DNA of 64,000 nucleotides from an uncultured Bacilli bacterium (GTDB taxonomy: Bacteria > Bacillota_I > Bacilli_A > RF39 > UBA660): NCBI GenBank assembly GCA_934090735.1, contig CAKOJR010000005.1, positions 4,524-68,523 of the forward strand, read 5' to 3'. The notes below the pieces were generated by a model. That model was not told the origin of the DNA. It ran no database searches and worked only from the letters and a program-made list of their open reading frames with translations. How positions within the stretch are numbered: the first letter of the stretch is position 1; the number at the start of each line of letters is the position of its first letter. Position numbers and translations under genes: made by a program. Shown piece after piece: positions 1 through 9,260 of this stretch.

Positions 1-993
1 ATTACTAGAAGCATTTTTAATAGTCTTAGTAACAAAAATAAAATATGTTCTTGTATTACTATTTTCATCTTTAAGTCTTATCTCTACTACATTATCACCA
101 TTTATAAGCTTTATAGTTTGCTTCCCATAATTTTTAACAAATTCTCCAAATTCAATATCTGGACTAATTTCTAATTCAGTTACACTTGAATTAACATTTA
201 AGTAATATTCATAAGTATCAGGTTTAAAATCAAGAATCAAATTATTATTTTTATTATCTTTAATTAAAATACCTTTTAAACTAGCATTTTGAATATTATC
301 GTTTTTATAAAATCTTAATATTACTATTTTCTGATTTCCATTTTCTGAAAGAACACTTATAGGAACAATAAGTTCATTAGTATCTTTTCCAAAAGTATAA
401 TTACCATCACCAGTTATCTTAGCAAATTCATTTTCTAACACTACTTCAATATTTATTTTTTCATCAGAAGCTTGAATATTATAAAGCTTTTCTGAATTAG
501 TAAAACCATCAAGAACTTTACTATTTATTTTTATCTCTTTAATATTATTATTTGTAGAAATTATCTTTACATCATTTGTCACGTCATCAAATAATTTCTC
601 GGCATTTTCACCAGAATTTTTGGATTTTATATTGGTTAATTTTATAGAATGAATTCCATCATTTTTTGCCTTAAAAAGTAAAATGCCATATTCCTGTAAG
701 CCACTTTCTAATGAATCACTTTTAGTTTTAGCACTTATAACTTGATTTTCATTTGATATCTGCCACACCTTTTCATAATTACTTCTTACATCAACAAGTT
801 CAATTCCATCATCAAATTCATAGTTAAAATCAATTTCATCATAGGCGACTTCTTGATTTATTGAAACTCTGCAAATAAATTGATCATCTACATAATAATT
901 CCCTTTATCACAAGTTAAAATAAATTCATCTTTTGCAAAAACCATAATTGGAAACATTAAAAATGATAGTAAAAAAAAGAATTTCTTTGACAT
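1..993 (-). CDS. secreted surface protein, partial (3' end lies outside the window); signal peptide plus cadherin-like beta-sandwich region
   Basis: Not in the ORF track because there is no stop in the window. Manual translation from the ATG at 993 gives MSKKFFFLLSFLMFPIMVFAKDEF... and stays open for 331 codons to position 1. An AGGTGAG RBS lies upstream. The motif LDFKPDTYEYYLNV resembles cadherin-like beta-sandwich domains. Confidence 0.55.
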   Translation of the reverse strand, partial: MSKKFFFLLSFLMFPIMVFAKDEFILTCDKGNYYVDDQFICRVSINQEVAYDEIDFNYEFDDGIELVDVRSNYEKVWQISNENQVISAKTKSDSLESGLQEYGILLFKAKNDGIHSIKLTNIKSKNSGENAEKLFDDVTNDVKIISTNNNIKEIKINSKVLDGFTNSEKLYNIQASDEKINIEVVLENEFAKITGDGNYTFGKDTNELIVPISVLSENGNQKIVILRFYKNDNIQNASLKGILIKDNKNNNLILDFKPDTYEYYLNVNSSVTELEISPDIEFGEFVKNYGKQTIKLINGDNVVEIRLKDENSNTRTYFIFVTKTIKNASSN

Positions 994-1026
994 AATCTCA
1001 CCTAAGAAAATTATATCATAAAATTC

Positions 1027-1416
1027 TTATTTATATTCAAAAATATATTTAGTTTTTTTATCAATTCCATATAAAACTAATTCTTCATCAGCTAAAACAA
1101 ATATATCTTGAGAAACTTTAGCTTCATCTATCTTCCCATTACCATCTATAGAATAAAAATATTTATTAGCCCTAAGTTTTAAATAAGTCTTATCAACATT
1201 CATTACTTCAAAATCAGTTTTACAAGATTCACTTTTATCAAAAGTTAATTCATAACCCGTTAAAATATTATAGTTATCATTTTTATTTTCACAAGAAATA
1301 TACAACTTCTTTGTATCATTAATCGGCTTAATTTTGTACCAAATAAACATACCAGCCAAAACAACTACTACACATATTAAAGCTATTTTTAAAATTTTCT
1401 TCATATTATACCTCAT
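1027..1416 (-). CDS. hypothetical membrane-anchored protein (single N-terminal TM)
   Basis: 129-aa ORF with a hydrophobic N-terminal segment (ILKIALICVVVVLAGMFIW). No recognisable domain. Confidence 0.45.
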   Translation of the reverse strand: MRYNMKKILKIALICVVVVLAGMFIWYKIKPINDTKKLYISCENKNDNYNILTGYELTFDKSESCKTDFEVMNVDKTYLKLRANKYFYSIDGNGKIDEAKVSQDIFVLADEELVLYGIDKKTKYIFEYK

Positions 1417-1458
1417 ACTAACTATATCATAAATAAAACTTATTTAATAGTATAATTT

Positions 1459-2214
1459 TTATTTTTTTACTTTTAGTAAATCTAAAATTTTTAAAATAAA
1501 CGCCCATATTTTTTCAAATAATGTTTTAGTATTTTCTTCTATTTTATCTTTAGTAACGCTTGGCTTTATATCTTCATCCTTTTTATCTATATCAGGCTCC
1601 TGAACTTTAGAATCATCAATTTTAGGTTCTTCTGCCTTAGGCTCATCTTTTATTTCTTCTTTCTCTTCGGTAACAGGTTCATCTACAACATAAGATAACC
1701 ATTTACTTTTAGTCCAAGTCTTCCAAGGTCTATCACTTAAATTAGAAACACACACTTTTCCATATTTTACCCCAGATATTTTTTGATTAGATGTACACTC
1801 AACAACTTTACCATCACCAATATACACTCCGCAGTGTCCTTTCATATATAAAAGTACTCCTTCTTCTTCAGGAAGCGATGATATATCACCTTTCTCACTA
1901 GCAGTGCCAACTGTTATTCCATAAGCATCTTTATCATAACTAACTATATAATTTACTTTTTTATTACCATAATCACTCATAAAATATGACTTAATTAACC
2001 CAGCACAATCATAAGCATAATAATTTTTACCTACCAAACTTTTCAAATACTTAACCTTCGTATCATCATAATGACTAGGATATTGTTTCTTCTTACCATC
2101 AATCGTATTATTAGTAACAAGTCTGCCAAACTCGCCCCACATATAAACTGTATTTCTATTAAGTAAAGTTTTTAAATAACTTACAAATTCTTTATTCGTT
2201 TTTATTCTTATCAC
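1459..2214 (-). CDS. NlpC/P60-family peptidoglycan hydrolase (endolysin-like)
   Basis: Catalytic Cys context YAYDCAGLIKSYF and His context GHCGVYIGDGKVVECT. No signal peptide. Overlaps the 3' end of the holin-like ORF upstream. Has an E/K-rich C-terminal tail. Confidence 0.7.
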   Translation of the reverse strand: MIRIKTNKEFVSYLKTLLNRNTVYMWGEFGRLVTNNTIDGKKKQYPSHYDDTKVKYLKSLVGKNYYAYDCAGLIKSYFMSDYGNKKVNYIVSYDKDAYGITVGTASEKGDISSLPEEEGVLLYMKGHCGVYIGDGKVVECTSNQKISGVKYGKVCVSNLSDRPWKTWTKSKWLSYVVDEPVTEEKEEIKDEPKAEEPKIDDSKVQEPDIDKKDEDIKPSVTKDKIEENTKTLFEKIWAFILKILDLLKVKK

Positions 2215-2452
2215 CTCCTACTTTCAAGGCATCATAAGCTCCACCTGCTGATAAAGCCCCTATCAAACACAAAACTATCGAGCGAAATAGAGTTGTTTCT
2301 ATTTCTGCAAAATAAACGATTACTCCAGAAACAACTCCAATAACTACATTTTGTAATGGAATATACTTCTTATCTACAATTTTCAATTTTTTACTAACAA
2401 AACCTATAATAAGTGTCACCAAAGAAATAACACTAAATGCAGTCAGTTCCAT
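2192..2452 (-). CDS. phage holin, A118/Hol118-like
   Basis: 86 aa counted from the ATG at 2452, which has an AGGGAG RBS. Two to three TM segments. KKxxIVDKKYIPLQNVVIGVVSG...GALSAGGAYD parallels Hol118 ([23 protein letters not shown]...GAGGTGLFE). Charged C-terminal tail. Confidence 0.6.
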   Translation of the reverse strand: MELTAFSVISLVTLIIGFVSKKLKIVDKKYIPLQNVVIGVVSGVIVYFAEIETTLFRSIVLCLIGALSAGGAYDALKVGGDKNKNE

Positions 2453-2648
2453 CTTTCTTTCTCCCTTCAAGCACACTTACTCTTTTATCAAGACTAGATG
2501 ACATTTTGGTTAATTCATCAACTTTATCAGTAAGTAGTTTAGTATTCATATTAAGCTTAGTAATTGATGTATTTAGTTTTAGTAAAGGTGTAATTATCGC
2601 TATAAGTGACACAACAAGACCAGCAATTTTAATAATTTGACTATCCAT
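2433..2648 (-). CDS. small TM plus coiled-coil protein of the lysis cassette (XhlA-like role is only a guess)
   Basis: 71 aa counted from the ATG at 2648 (RBS AGGTGAGG). One N-terminal TM followed by a coiled-coil-like stretch. Sits immediately upstream of the holin. Confidence 0.4.
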   Translation of the reverse strand: MDSQIIKIAGLVVSLIAIITPLLKLNTSITKLNMNTKLLTDKVDELTKMSSSLDKRVSVLEGRKKDGTDCI

Positions 2649-2670
2649 AACCTCACCTATTTTATTATAT

Positions 2671-2695
2671 AAAAAAAGCACTCATAACGAGTGTT
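2671..2695 (-). terminator. rho-independent terminator after glmM
   Basis: On the minus strand: AACACTC-gttat-GAGTGCT followed by a run of seven T. Lies directly after the glmM stop. Confidence 0.6.
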
Positions 2696-2703
2696 CCTTT
2701 AAC

Positions 2704-4035
2704 CTATATACCAAACTTTTTATTAATTAAAGTGGCAACACCATTTGCCATCTTATCAATCTCTTCAGTGTTTTTACCTTCAATCATAACTCTAATTAAG
2801 TTTTCCGTGCCACTAGCCCTGATTAATATACGACCATCACCATTAAGTTCATTTTCGTATTTTTTAATCAAAGCATTAATTTCAGCATCCTCACCAAATA
2901 AAGCTTTACCTTCCTTTGTAACATTAACATTTACTAAAACTTGCGGATACTTATTCATAATACTAGCAAGTTCACTTAACTTACACTTCTTTTCACTTAA
3001 TATATTTAAAACCATAAGAGAAGTAAGTTCTCCATCACCGGTATTTGCATACTCTTTAAAAATAATATGACCTGACTGCTCACCACCAATCATATAATCT
3101 TTATCAAGCATCTCTTCTAAAACATATCTATCGCCAACTTTAGTAGCTACAAAATTAATATTCTCACTTTCACAAAATTTCCTTAACCCTAAATTTGACA
3201 TTACAGTTCCAACTATCGCATTATTATTAAGTTTTCCCTTTTCTTTTAAATCTTTACCACAAATTGCTAGTATATAGTCACCATCAATAACTTCACCCAT
3301 ACCACTTACAAGTAGGCATCTATCAGCATCTCCATCATAAGCAATACCTAAATCAGCATGAGTTTCTTTAACTTTACTAATCAAAGACTCTAAATGCGTT
3401 GAACCACAATTTTCATTAATATTTACTCCATCTGGATTATCAAAAATAATTTCAGCATTAATATTTAACTTTTCAAATAATGTTGGTGCTGTCGCAGAAG
3501 CAGAACCATTCGCACAATCAACTACAACTTTAAGATCATTATAATCATTTGCTAAAGAATATAAGAAATCAACATATTGATTTTTTAAATCTTCATTTCT
3601 TTCATAACTTCCAATATTCATGCGCTCTGGTAACTTTTCATCTAAAATGTAATGTTCTATCTTTTCCTCTATCTCATCAGCAAGTTTATAACCCTTATTA
3701 TTAAATAATTTAATTCCATTATACTTAGCCGGATTATGACTTGCAGATATCATTACACCCATATCAGCACTTAAATGTGTTACCAAAAAAGAAACTGCAG
3801 GAGTTGGCACAACCCCAACAAAAATAACATCAGCTCCCATACTAAGAAGTCCAGCATTGACAGCACAAGCAAGCATATCACCAGAATATCTTGTATCCAT
3901 ACCAACAATAACTTTAATCTTTTTATTCTCACCTAACACATAAGCAGCACTTGCACCTATCTTCATTGCTAAATCAGCAGTAAGCTCATTTCCAGCAATT
4001 CCTCTAGCACCATCAGTTCCAAATAATCTTCCCAT
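2704..4035 (-). CDS. glmM: phosphoglucosamine mutase
   Basis: 443 aa. N-terminal FGTDGARG and the active-site serine loop SASHNP. Full-length alpha-D-phosphohexomutase architecture. Confidence 0.95.
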   Translation of the reverse strand: MGRLFGTDGARGIAGNELTADLAMKIGASAAYVLGENKKIKVIVGMDTRYSGDMLACAVNAGLLSMGADVIFVGVVPTPAVSFLVTHLSADMGVMISASHNPAKYNGIKLFNNKGYKLADEIEEKIEHYILDEKLPERMNIGSYERNEDLKNQYVDFLYSLANDYNDLKVVVDCANGSASATAPTLFEKLNINAEIIFDNPDGVNINENCGSTHLESLISKVKETHADLGIAYDGDADRCLLVSGMGEVIDGDYILAICGKDLKEKGKLNNNAIVGTVMSNLGLRKFCESENINFVATKVGDRYVLEEMLDKDYMIGGEQSGHIIFKEYANTGDGELTSLMVLNILSEKKCKLSELASIMNKYPQVLVNVNVTKEGKALFGEDAEINALIKKYENELNGDGRILIRASGTENLIRVMIEGKNTEEIDKMANGVATLINKKFGI

Positions 4036-4697
4036 TATCTTTGCTCCTTATCTACAATATTATCCATAGATTTAACTATCTTCCAATCACCAATCACACC
4101 TCTTACCATAGTAAGCGGATACACATTAGTATGAGCACCAATTATAGTTCCAGGACATAATACACTATTGCACCCAATATCAGCATAATCACCTAAAATT
4201 GCACTCATTTTCCTAAACCCAGTTTCATGTTTCTCATCATCTTTTATAACAACATTACTTTTATCACTCTTAACATTAGATAAAATAACACCAGCACCAG
4301 TATGAGCATGATCTCCTAAGATTGCATCACCTACATAATTATAATGAGGACACTGACAATTATCAAAAATAATCGCATTTTTTACCTCAGTACTATTACC
4401 AATTACACAGTTCTTGCCAATAATTGCACTACCTCTAATAAATGCACCGGGTCTTATTTCAGTATCCTCACCAATAATTACTGGAGCATTTATATCAGCT
4501 TTATCACTTATCTTTACACTTTTATGAACCCATACATTATCCTTATATAATATATATTCATCCGATAATGTTGGCCCTATTTTCAAAATAAAGTCCTTAA
4601 TAAGAGGCAACACTTCCCAAGGATAATTAACTTCATTAAATAGTTCTTTAGCAATAGTAGCATCTAAATTTAACAAATTTTCATATCTCTTTAACAT
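4035..4697 (-). CDS. left-handed beta-helix (hexapeptide-repeat) acyltransferase, GlmU C-terminal-domain-like
   Basis: Hexapeptide repeats (IGKNCVIGNSTEVKNAIIFDN..., GDHAHTGAGVILSN...). Start moved to the ATG at 4697 (MLKRYENLL), which has an AAGGAGA RBS; the longer track ORF would overlap the divergent gene. The stop overlaps the glmM start. Confidence 0.55.
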   Translation of the reverse strand: MLKRYENLLNLDATIAKELFNEVNYPWEVLPLIKDFILKIGPTLSDEYILYKDNVWVHKSVKISDKADINAPVIIGEDTEIRPGAFIRGSAIIGKNCVIGNSTEVKNAIIFDNCQCPHYNYVGDAILGDHAHTGAGVILSNVKSDKSNVVIKDDEKHETGFRKMSAILGDYADIGCNSVLCPGTIIGAHTNVYPLTMVRGVIGDWKIVKSMDNIVDKEQR

Positions 4698-4792
4698 TTT
4701 CTTCACATTCTCCTTAGCTCCATAATACCACAAACATTGATAAATGTGCACTTTTTTGCTATAATCTTCATTGACAAAAAGAGGTAATTCAA

Positions 4793-7700
4793 ATGAAAAA
4801 ATTAGAAAAAAAAGATTACTTATTAATAGGAACATTATTTATTCCTATAATATCTTTAATAATATATTTAATTTGTAAAGGACAGATATTTGGTTCTACT
4901 GTTGACTGGGCAAACCAGCATATTGTTTTACCAGAATACTTTAGAAACTTATTTTATAGTAGTGGTAAAATTATTCCATCATTTGCTTTTAATCTTGGAA
5001 TGGGACAAAATATTTTTAATTATTCATACTATGGCCTACTTAGCCCAATTATCTTATCATCATATTTACTCCCATTTATACCAATGTATATATACATGCC
5101 AGCAATCTCAATAATCATGTATTTTACAAGCACCGTAATGTTTTATATATGGATTAAAGACAAATATAATACTAAAATTGCTTACATTTCATCATTAATC
5201 TTTGCTTTAAATGCACCATTTACTTATCACTTCCATAGACACTTAATGTTTGTTATATACATGCCATTTATGATTGGAGCTCTTAAAAGCATCGACTTAT
5301 ATTTTGAAAAAGGTAAAAAGATACCACTTATAATTTATACAATTTTATTAATCTTAACAAGTTACTATTTTAGTGTATCTGGAATTATTACAATTGGTAT
5401 TTACACAATTTACAAAATATTAAAAACTACAAAAAAAGACTTTACTAAACTTAGAAATATTATATTCTTTGTAACTACCGCAATATTAACAACTGCCGTA
5501 CTACTACTCCCAACTGCATACGCACTAATAAATGGCCGAATCGAAACATTAACTAGCTCTCAATTAACATTCTTAGACTTAATAAACCCAATGAAAAACT
5601 ATCAATACACTTTTTATAATTCATATTATTCATGGGGTGTAACTTTTATCTACATCATTGCTATTATAAATGGCATTCTATCTAAGAGAAAAGAACAAAT
5701 ATTTTTAAGTATAATAACTGCTCTATTCATCATATTCCCATTAAGTAGCTACATATTAAATGGCTTTATGTATATAGACGGCAAATGCTTTATTCCCTTC
5801 TTACCACTAGCAATTCTGCAAATTAGTGAACTTCTAAAAAATATATTTGATAATAAGTTAAAATTCAAAAAAATATTACCATATATCTTACTTAGTGGAG
5901 CAATACTAATCTACTTTGCACTTGGTAAAAATAACATATACCTTTTACTTGCCGATATCATCTTAATGTTAATAAGCCTTTACTTATGCACAAAAAAGCA
6001 AAATAATGTCTTGCTTTATATCACAATAACAGGTATTTCTCTTGCATCTTTCATCGCAAGCTCATCAAGTGAAACATACATGAAAATATCAGATATTAAA
6101 AATATAAATAGTACAACATATAAAGAACTTATAAGTAAAATAAATGATAAAAATATTTTCCGTACGAGCAATGAAGACTACATTCTCTATAATCCAAACA
6201 AAATATATGATATAAACGAAAATATAACTACAACGTATTCATCTTTATCAAACAAATACTACATGTCATTTATCAGAAATATTTTCCAAAATGAAATAAT
6301 TAACAGAGATAATACAACAGTTACCCAAACATCTAATGTCTTATTTAATATCTATAGTGGCACAAAATACTTAATATCAAGCGGAAATGCTGAAATAGGT
6401 TATGCCGAAATCGAAAACATCGATGGAACAAAACTATACGTAAATGAAAATGTTCTACCTATTGCATACGCATCAAATAAAATTATGAGTCAGCGCGAAT
6501 TTGATACACTAGAATACCCCTACACAATAGATGCTTTACTAAATTATATAATAGTCGATAAATCATTAGATAACGTATATAAAAGTAATATAAATGAATA
6601 CAAAAAAGGCTACAAAATCAAAGAAATAAATAACTTAACTTACAATGAAGAAAATGGTCACTATATAATTGAAGCGGATAAAAATGCAAACTTAAAAATC
6701 AAATTAAACTCAAAGATTCAAAATAAAATATTAATAATAAGTTTTAATATGAATAAAGCCAAAGAAGGATTTGCATGTAGCAGTGACATCACCATAAATA
6801 ATGTTAAAAATGCCCTATCATGTTCAAATTGGAAATATAACAATAACAACAATACATTTGAATATGTACTTTCATCAAATAATCCAATAGATACATTAAA
6901 TATTGAACTAACTAAAGGAACATTTGATATAGATGATATAAAAATTTATACAATGGATTATAATAAAGTAAGTTCAATCAAAAATAATGTTGATGAAATG
7001 ACAATAAACAAAGCTAAAACCGAAGATAATCACATTTCAGGTGAAATAACTGTTAAAGAAGATGGTTATCTAAAAATAACTATCCCATACGACAAAGGCT
7101 TTAAAATTTATATAGATGGTGAAAGAGTTGGAAAAGTCTTAACAGACAAAACATTCTTGGGTGCACAAATTACCAAAGGAACACATAAAATAGATATTAA
7201 ATATACTCCGCCTCTACTAAAAGCTGGAGCAATAACCTCTCTTGTTGGTATATTTTTACTTATTAACATTGCAATATATCCTAAAACAAAAAACAAATTA
7301 CAAAAAATTAATAATAAAATTTTAAATATATTACAAAAAACAAAAACCATAATTAAAGACTTCTGTAAAACAAATAAAAACTACATATACCTATTCATAT
7401 CTTTATTAATATTAGACTTAGCATTAAGAATATTCTTATCAAATCAAATAAGCTTCTATCATTGGTTCATGCCAATTCCAAACTTATTCACAATCTTATG
7501 GATAACAACTATCTTATACATAACTAAAAATCTTAAAAATCCATACAACAAAATATTCTATATAATATGCTACATCATAAGTATTGCCCTATTCTTAACC
7601 CACGCAATATACTTCTCATACTTCAAAATATTCTTTGATTTTAGTGTATTAAGTGTTGCAGGTGAAGGAGCTGCATACTTCAGTTCAGTATTTAATAATA

Positions 7701-9178
7701 TAAAGTTATGGGTAGTAATAACTACATTAGTAAGTTTAAGCCTAACAATAATTGGCCTAAAAAAGACAAAAAAACAATCTAAAAACAACTACCTTAAAAT
7801 ATTAATTGCACTTATTATTTTCACAGTTATCCACAGTTTACTTCCACTATGCCTAGGTAAATCAAGTACCGAACTAAACTGGGATGAATGGCGTAACCCA
7901 AGAAGTATCTATCGTTCATTTAATGACAATAATAAAAGTTTAATGGTTAGTGGAATGTATGAATACAACATCAGAAACTTTATATTTACCTACTTTAAAG
8001 ACAGTAATTCACTAACTGATAATGAACAAAAAGTCCTTGATGAAAACTTTGCAAACAGCACCGAAGCCAAAGAAAATGAATATACTGGTGCATTCAAAGG
8101 TAAAAACTTAATAATTGTTCAGTTAGAAAGCGTAGATAACTTCCTATTAGATAAAGACATCATGCCTACATTCTATAAACTAAGTCAAAACTCAATCAAC
8201 TTTGTTAATCACTATTCCTTCACTTCTGGTGGTGGTTCAACATTCAACTCAGAATTTATGATTAACACAGGCTACTCTACTGCCTACAACTACAATATGA
8301 ATGCCTATTCATTTAGTAAAAATGCCTATCCTTATAGCTTACCAAACCTACTAAAAGAAGAAGGCTACACATCAAATGTATTCCACATGAATTCAGCAGA
8401 ATACTACTCAAGAGGTGCTAACTATAAATCATTTGGTTACAATGAATACTACGGCTTAAAAGATTTAGGTATCTATAAAGATAACGAATTCTGGCTAGAC
8501 ACTGAACTAATAAAAAACGAAACATTCAACAAAGAAATATTCAAACATACTGGTCTAAACCTATCATACATAATTACCTACTCAGCACATATGCCATTTA
8601 GTTCAAGTAAAGGAACTTGCTCAAAATTAACAAATGAAACAGGTTTAACAGAATTCGAATGTCTAAAAATTCAAGCAAAAGAAACTGATGACATGATTAA
8701 ATTATTAATGGAAAATCTAGAAAAAAATGGTGAACTAGATAACACTATTGTAGTTCTAATAAGCGACCACTACCTATACACACTTGAAGATAAAACATTA
8801 CTAGACAAATACAAAGAAACAAATACAAACCTAATAAATCATACACCATTCATTATCTGGAGTAATGGTCAAATCAAAAAAACAGTAAAAGATGTTAATT
8901 CTCAATTAGACGTGCTTCCAACACTGCTAAATCTATTTGGAGTAAAATATAACGAAGCAAACTACATCGGTAGAGACATCTTCTCAAAAGATTATGATCC
9001 ACTAGTATTCTTCCCAGACGGAAGTTGGTACAATGGCAGTACATACGTTGCAAATGGAGAATACCTAAAAGGCAAAAAAATGTCATCTGAAAAAATTGAA
9101 TACTACAACAAGTTAGTTAAAGACAAAATGAATCTAAATGATGCAGTCTTAAAATCTAACTACTTTGCCAATAAATAA
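4793..9178 (+). CDS. fusion membrane protein: N-terminal YfhO-family glycosyltransferase-like domain plus C-terminal LtaS-type (sulfatase-fold) lipoteichoic acid synthase domain
   Basis: 1461 aa. The N-terminal ~830 aa are multi-TM and YfhO-like (STVDWANQHIVLPEYF..., GMGQNIFNYSYYGLLSPI). A second TM block follows, then an extracellular LtaS-like domain (IIVQLESVDNF, GGSTFNSEFMINTGY, LISDHY). Confidence 0.8.
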   Translation: MKKLEKKDYLLIGTLFIPIISLIIYLICKGQIFGSTVDWANQHIVLPEYFRNLFYSSGKIIPSFAFNLGMGQNIFNYSYYGLLSPIILSSYLLPFIPMYIYMPAISIIMYFTSTVMFYIWIKDKYNTKIAYISSLIFALNAPFTYHFHRHLMFVIYMPFMIGALKSIDLYFEKGKKIPLIIYTILLILTSYYFSVSGIITIGIYTIYKILKTTKKDFTKLRNIIFFVTTAILTTAVLLLPTAYALINGRIETLTSSQLTFLDLINPMKNYQYTFYNSYYSWGVTFIYIIAIINGILSKRKEQIFLSIITALFIIFPLSSYILNGFMYIDGKCFIPFLPLAILQISELLKNIFDNKLKFKKILPYILLSGAILIYFALGKNNIYLLLADIILMLISLYLCTKKQNNVLLYITITGISLASFIASSSSETYMKISDIKNINSTTYKELISKINDKNIFRTSNEDYILYNPNKIYDINENITTTYSSLSNKYYMSFIRNIFQNEIINRDNTTVTQTSNVLFNIYSGTKYLISSGNAEIGYAEIENIDGTKLYVNENVLPIAYASNKIMSQREFDTLEYPYTIDALLNYIIVDKSLDNVYKSNINEYKKGYKIKEINNLTYNEENGHYIIEADKNANLKIKLNSKIQNKILIISFNMNKAKEGFACSSDITINNVKNALSCSNWKYNNNNNTFEYVLSSNNPIDTLNIELTKGTFDIDDIKIYTMDYNKVSSIKNNVDEMTINKAKTEDNHISGEITVKEDGYLKITIPYDKGFKIYIDGERVGKVLTDKTFLGAQITKGTHKIDIKYTPPLLKAGAITSLVGIFLLINIAIYPKTKNKLQKINNKILNILQKTKTIIKDFCKTNKNYIYLFISLLILDLALRIFLSNQISFYHWFMPIPNLFTILWITTILYITKNLKNPYNKIFYIICYIISIALFLTHAIYFSYFKIFFDFSVLSVAGEGAAYFSSVFNNIKLWVVITTLVSLSLTIIGLKKTKKQSKNNYLKILIALIIFTVIHSLLPLCLGKSSTELNWDEWRNPRSIYRSFNDNNKSLMVSGMYEYNIRNFIFTYFKDSNSLTDNEQKVLDENFANSTEAKENEYTGAFKGKNLIIVQLESVDNFLLDKDIMPTFYKLSQNSINFVNHYSFTSGGGSTFNSEFMINTGYSTAYNYNMNAYSFSKNAYPYSLPNLLKEEGYTSNVFHMNSAEYYSRGANYKSFGYNEYYGLKDLGIYKDNEFWLDTELIKNETFNKEIFKHTGLNLSYIITYSAHMPFSSSKGTCSKLTNETGLTEFECLKIQAKETDDMIKLLMENLEKNGELDNTIVVLISDHYLYTLEDKTLLDKYKETNTNLINHTPFIIWSNGQIKKTVKDVNSQLDVLPTLLNLFGVKYNEANYIGRDIFSKDYDPLVFFPDGSWYNGSTYVANGEYLKGKKMSSEKIEYYNKLVKDKMNLNDAVLKSNYFANK

Positions 9179-9260
9179 GTCGTAAAACCGGCTTATTTTT
9201 TTATTAAAATATTTATAATTAAAATAAAATAGTGTATAATCAGAATATAGGTGCATAAAA

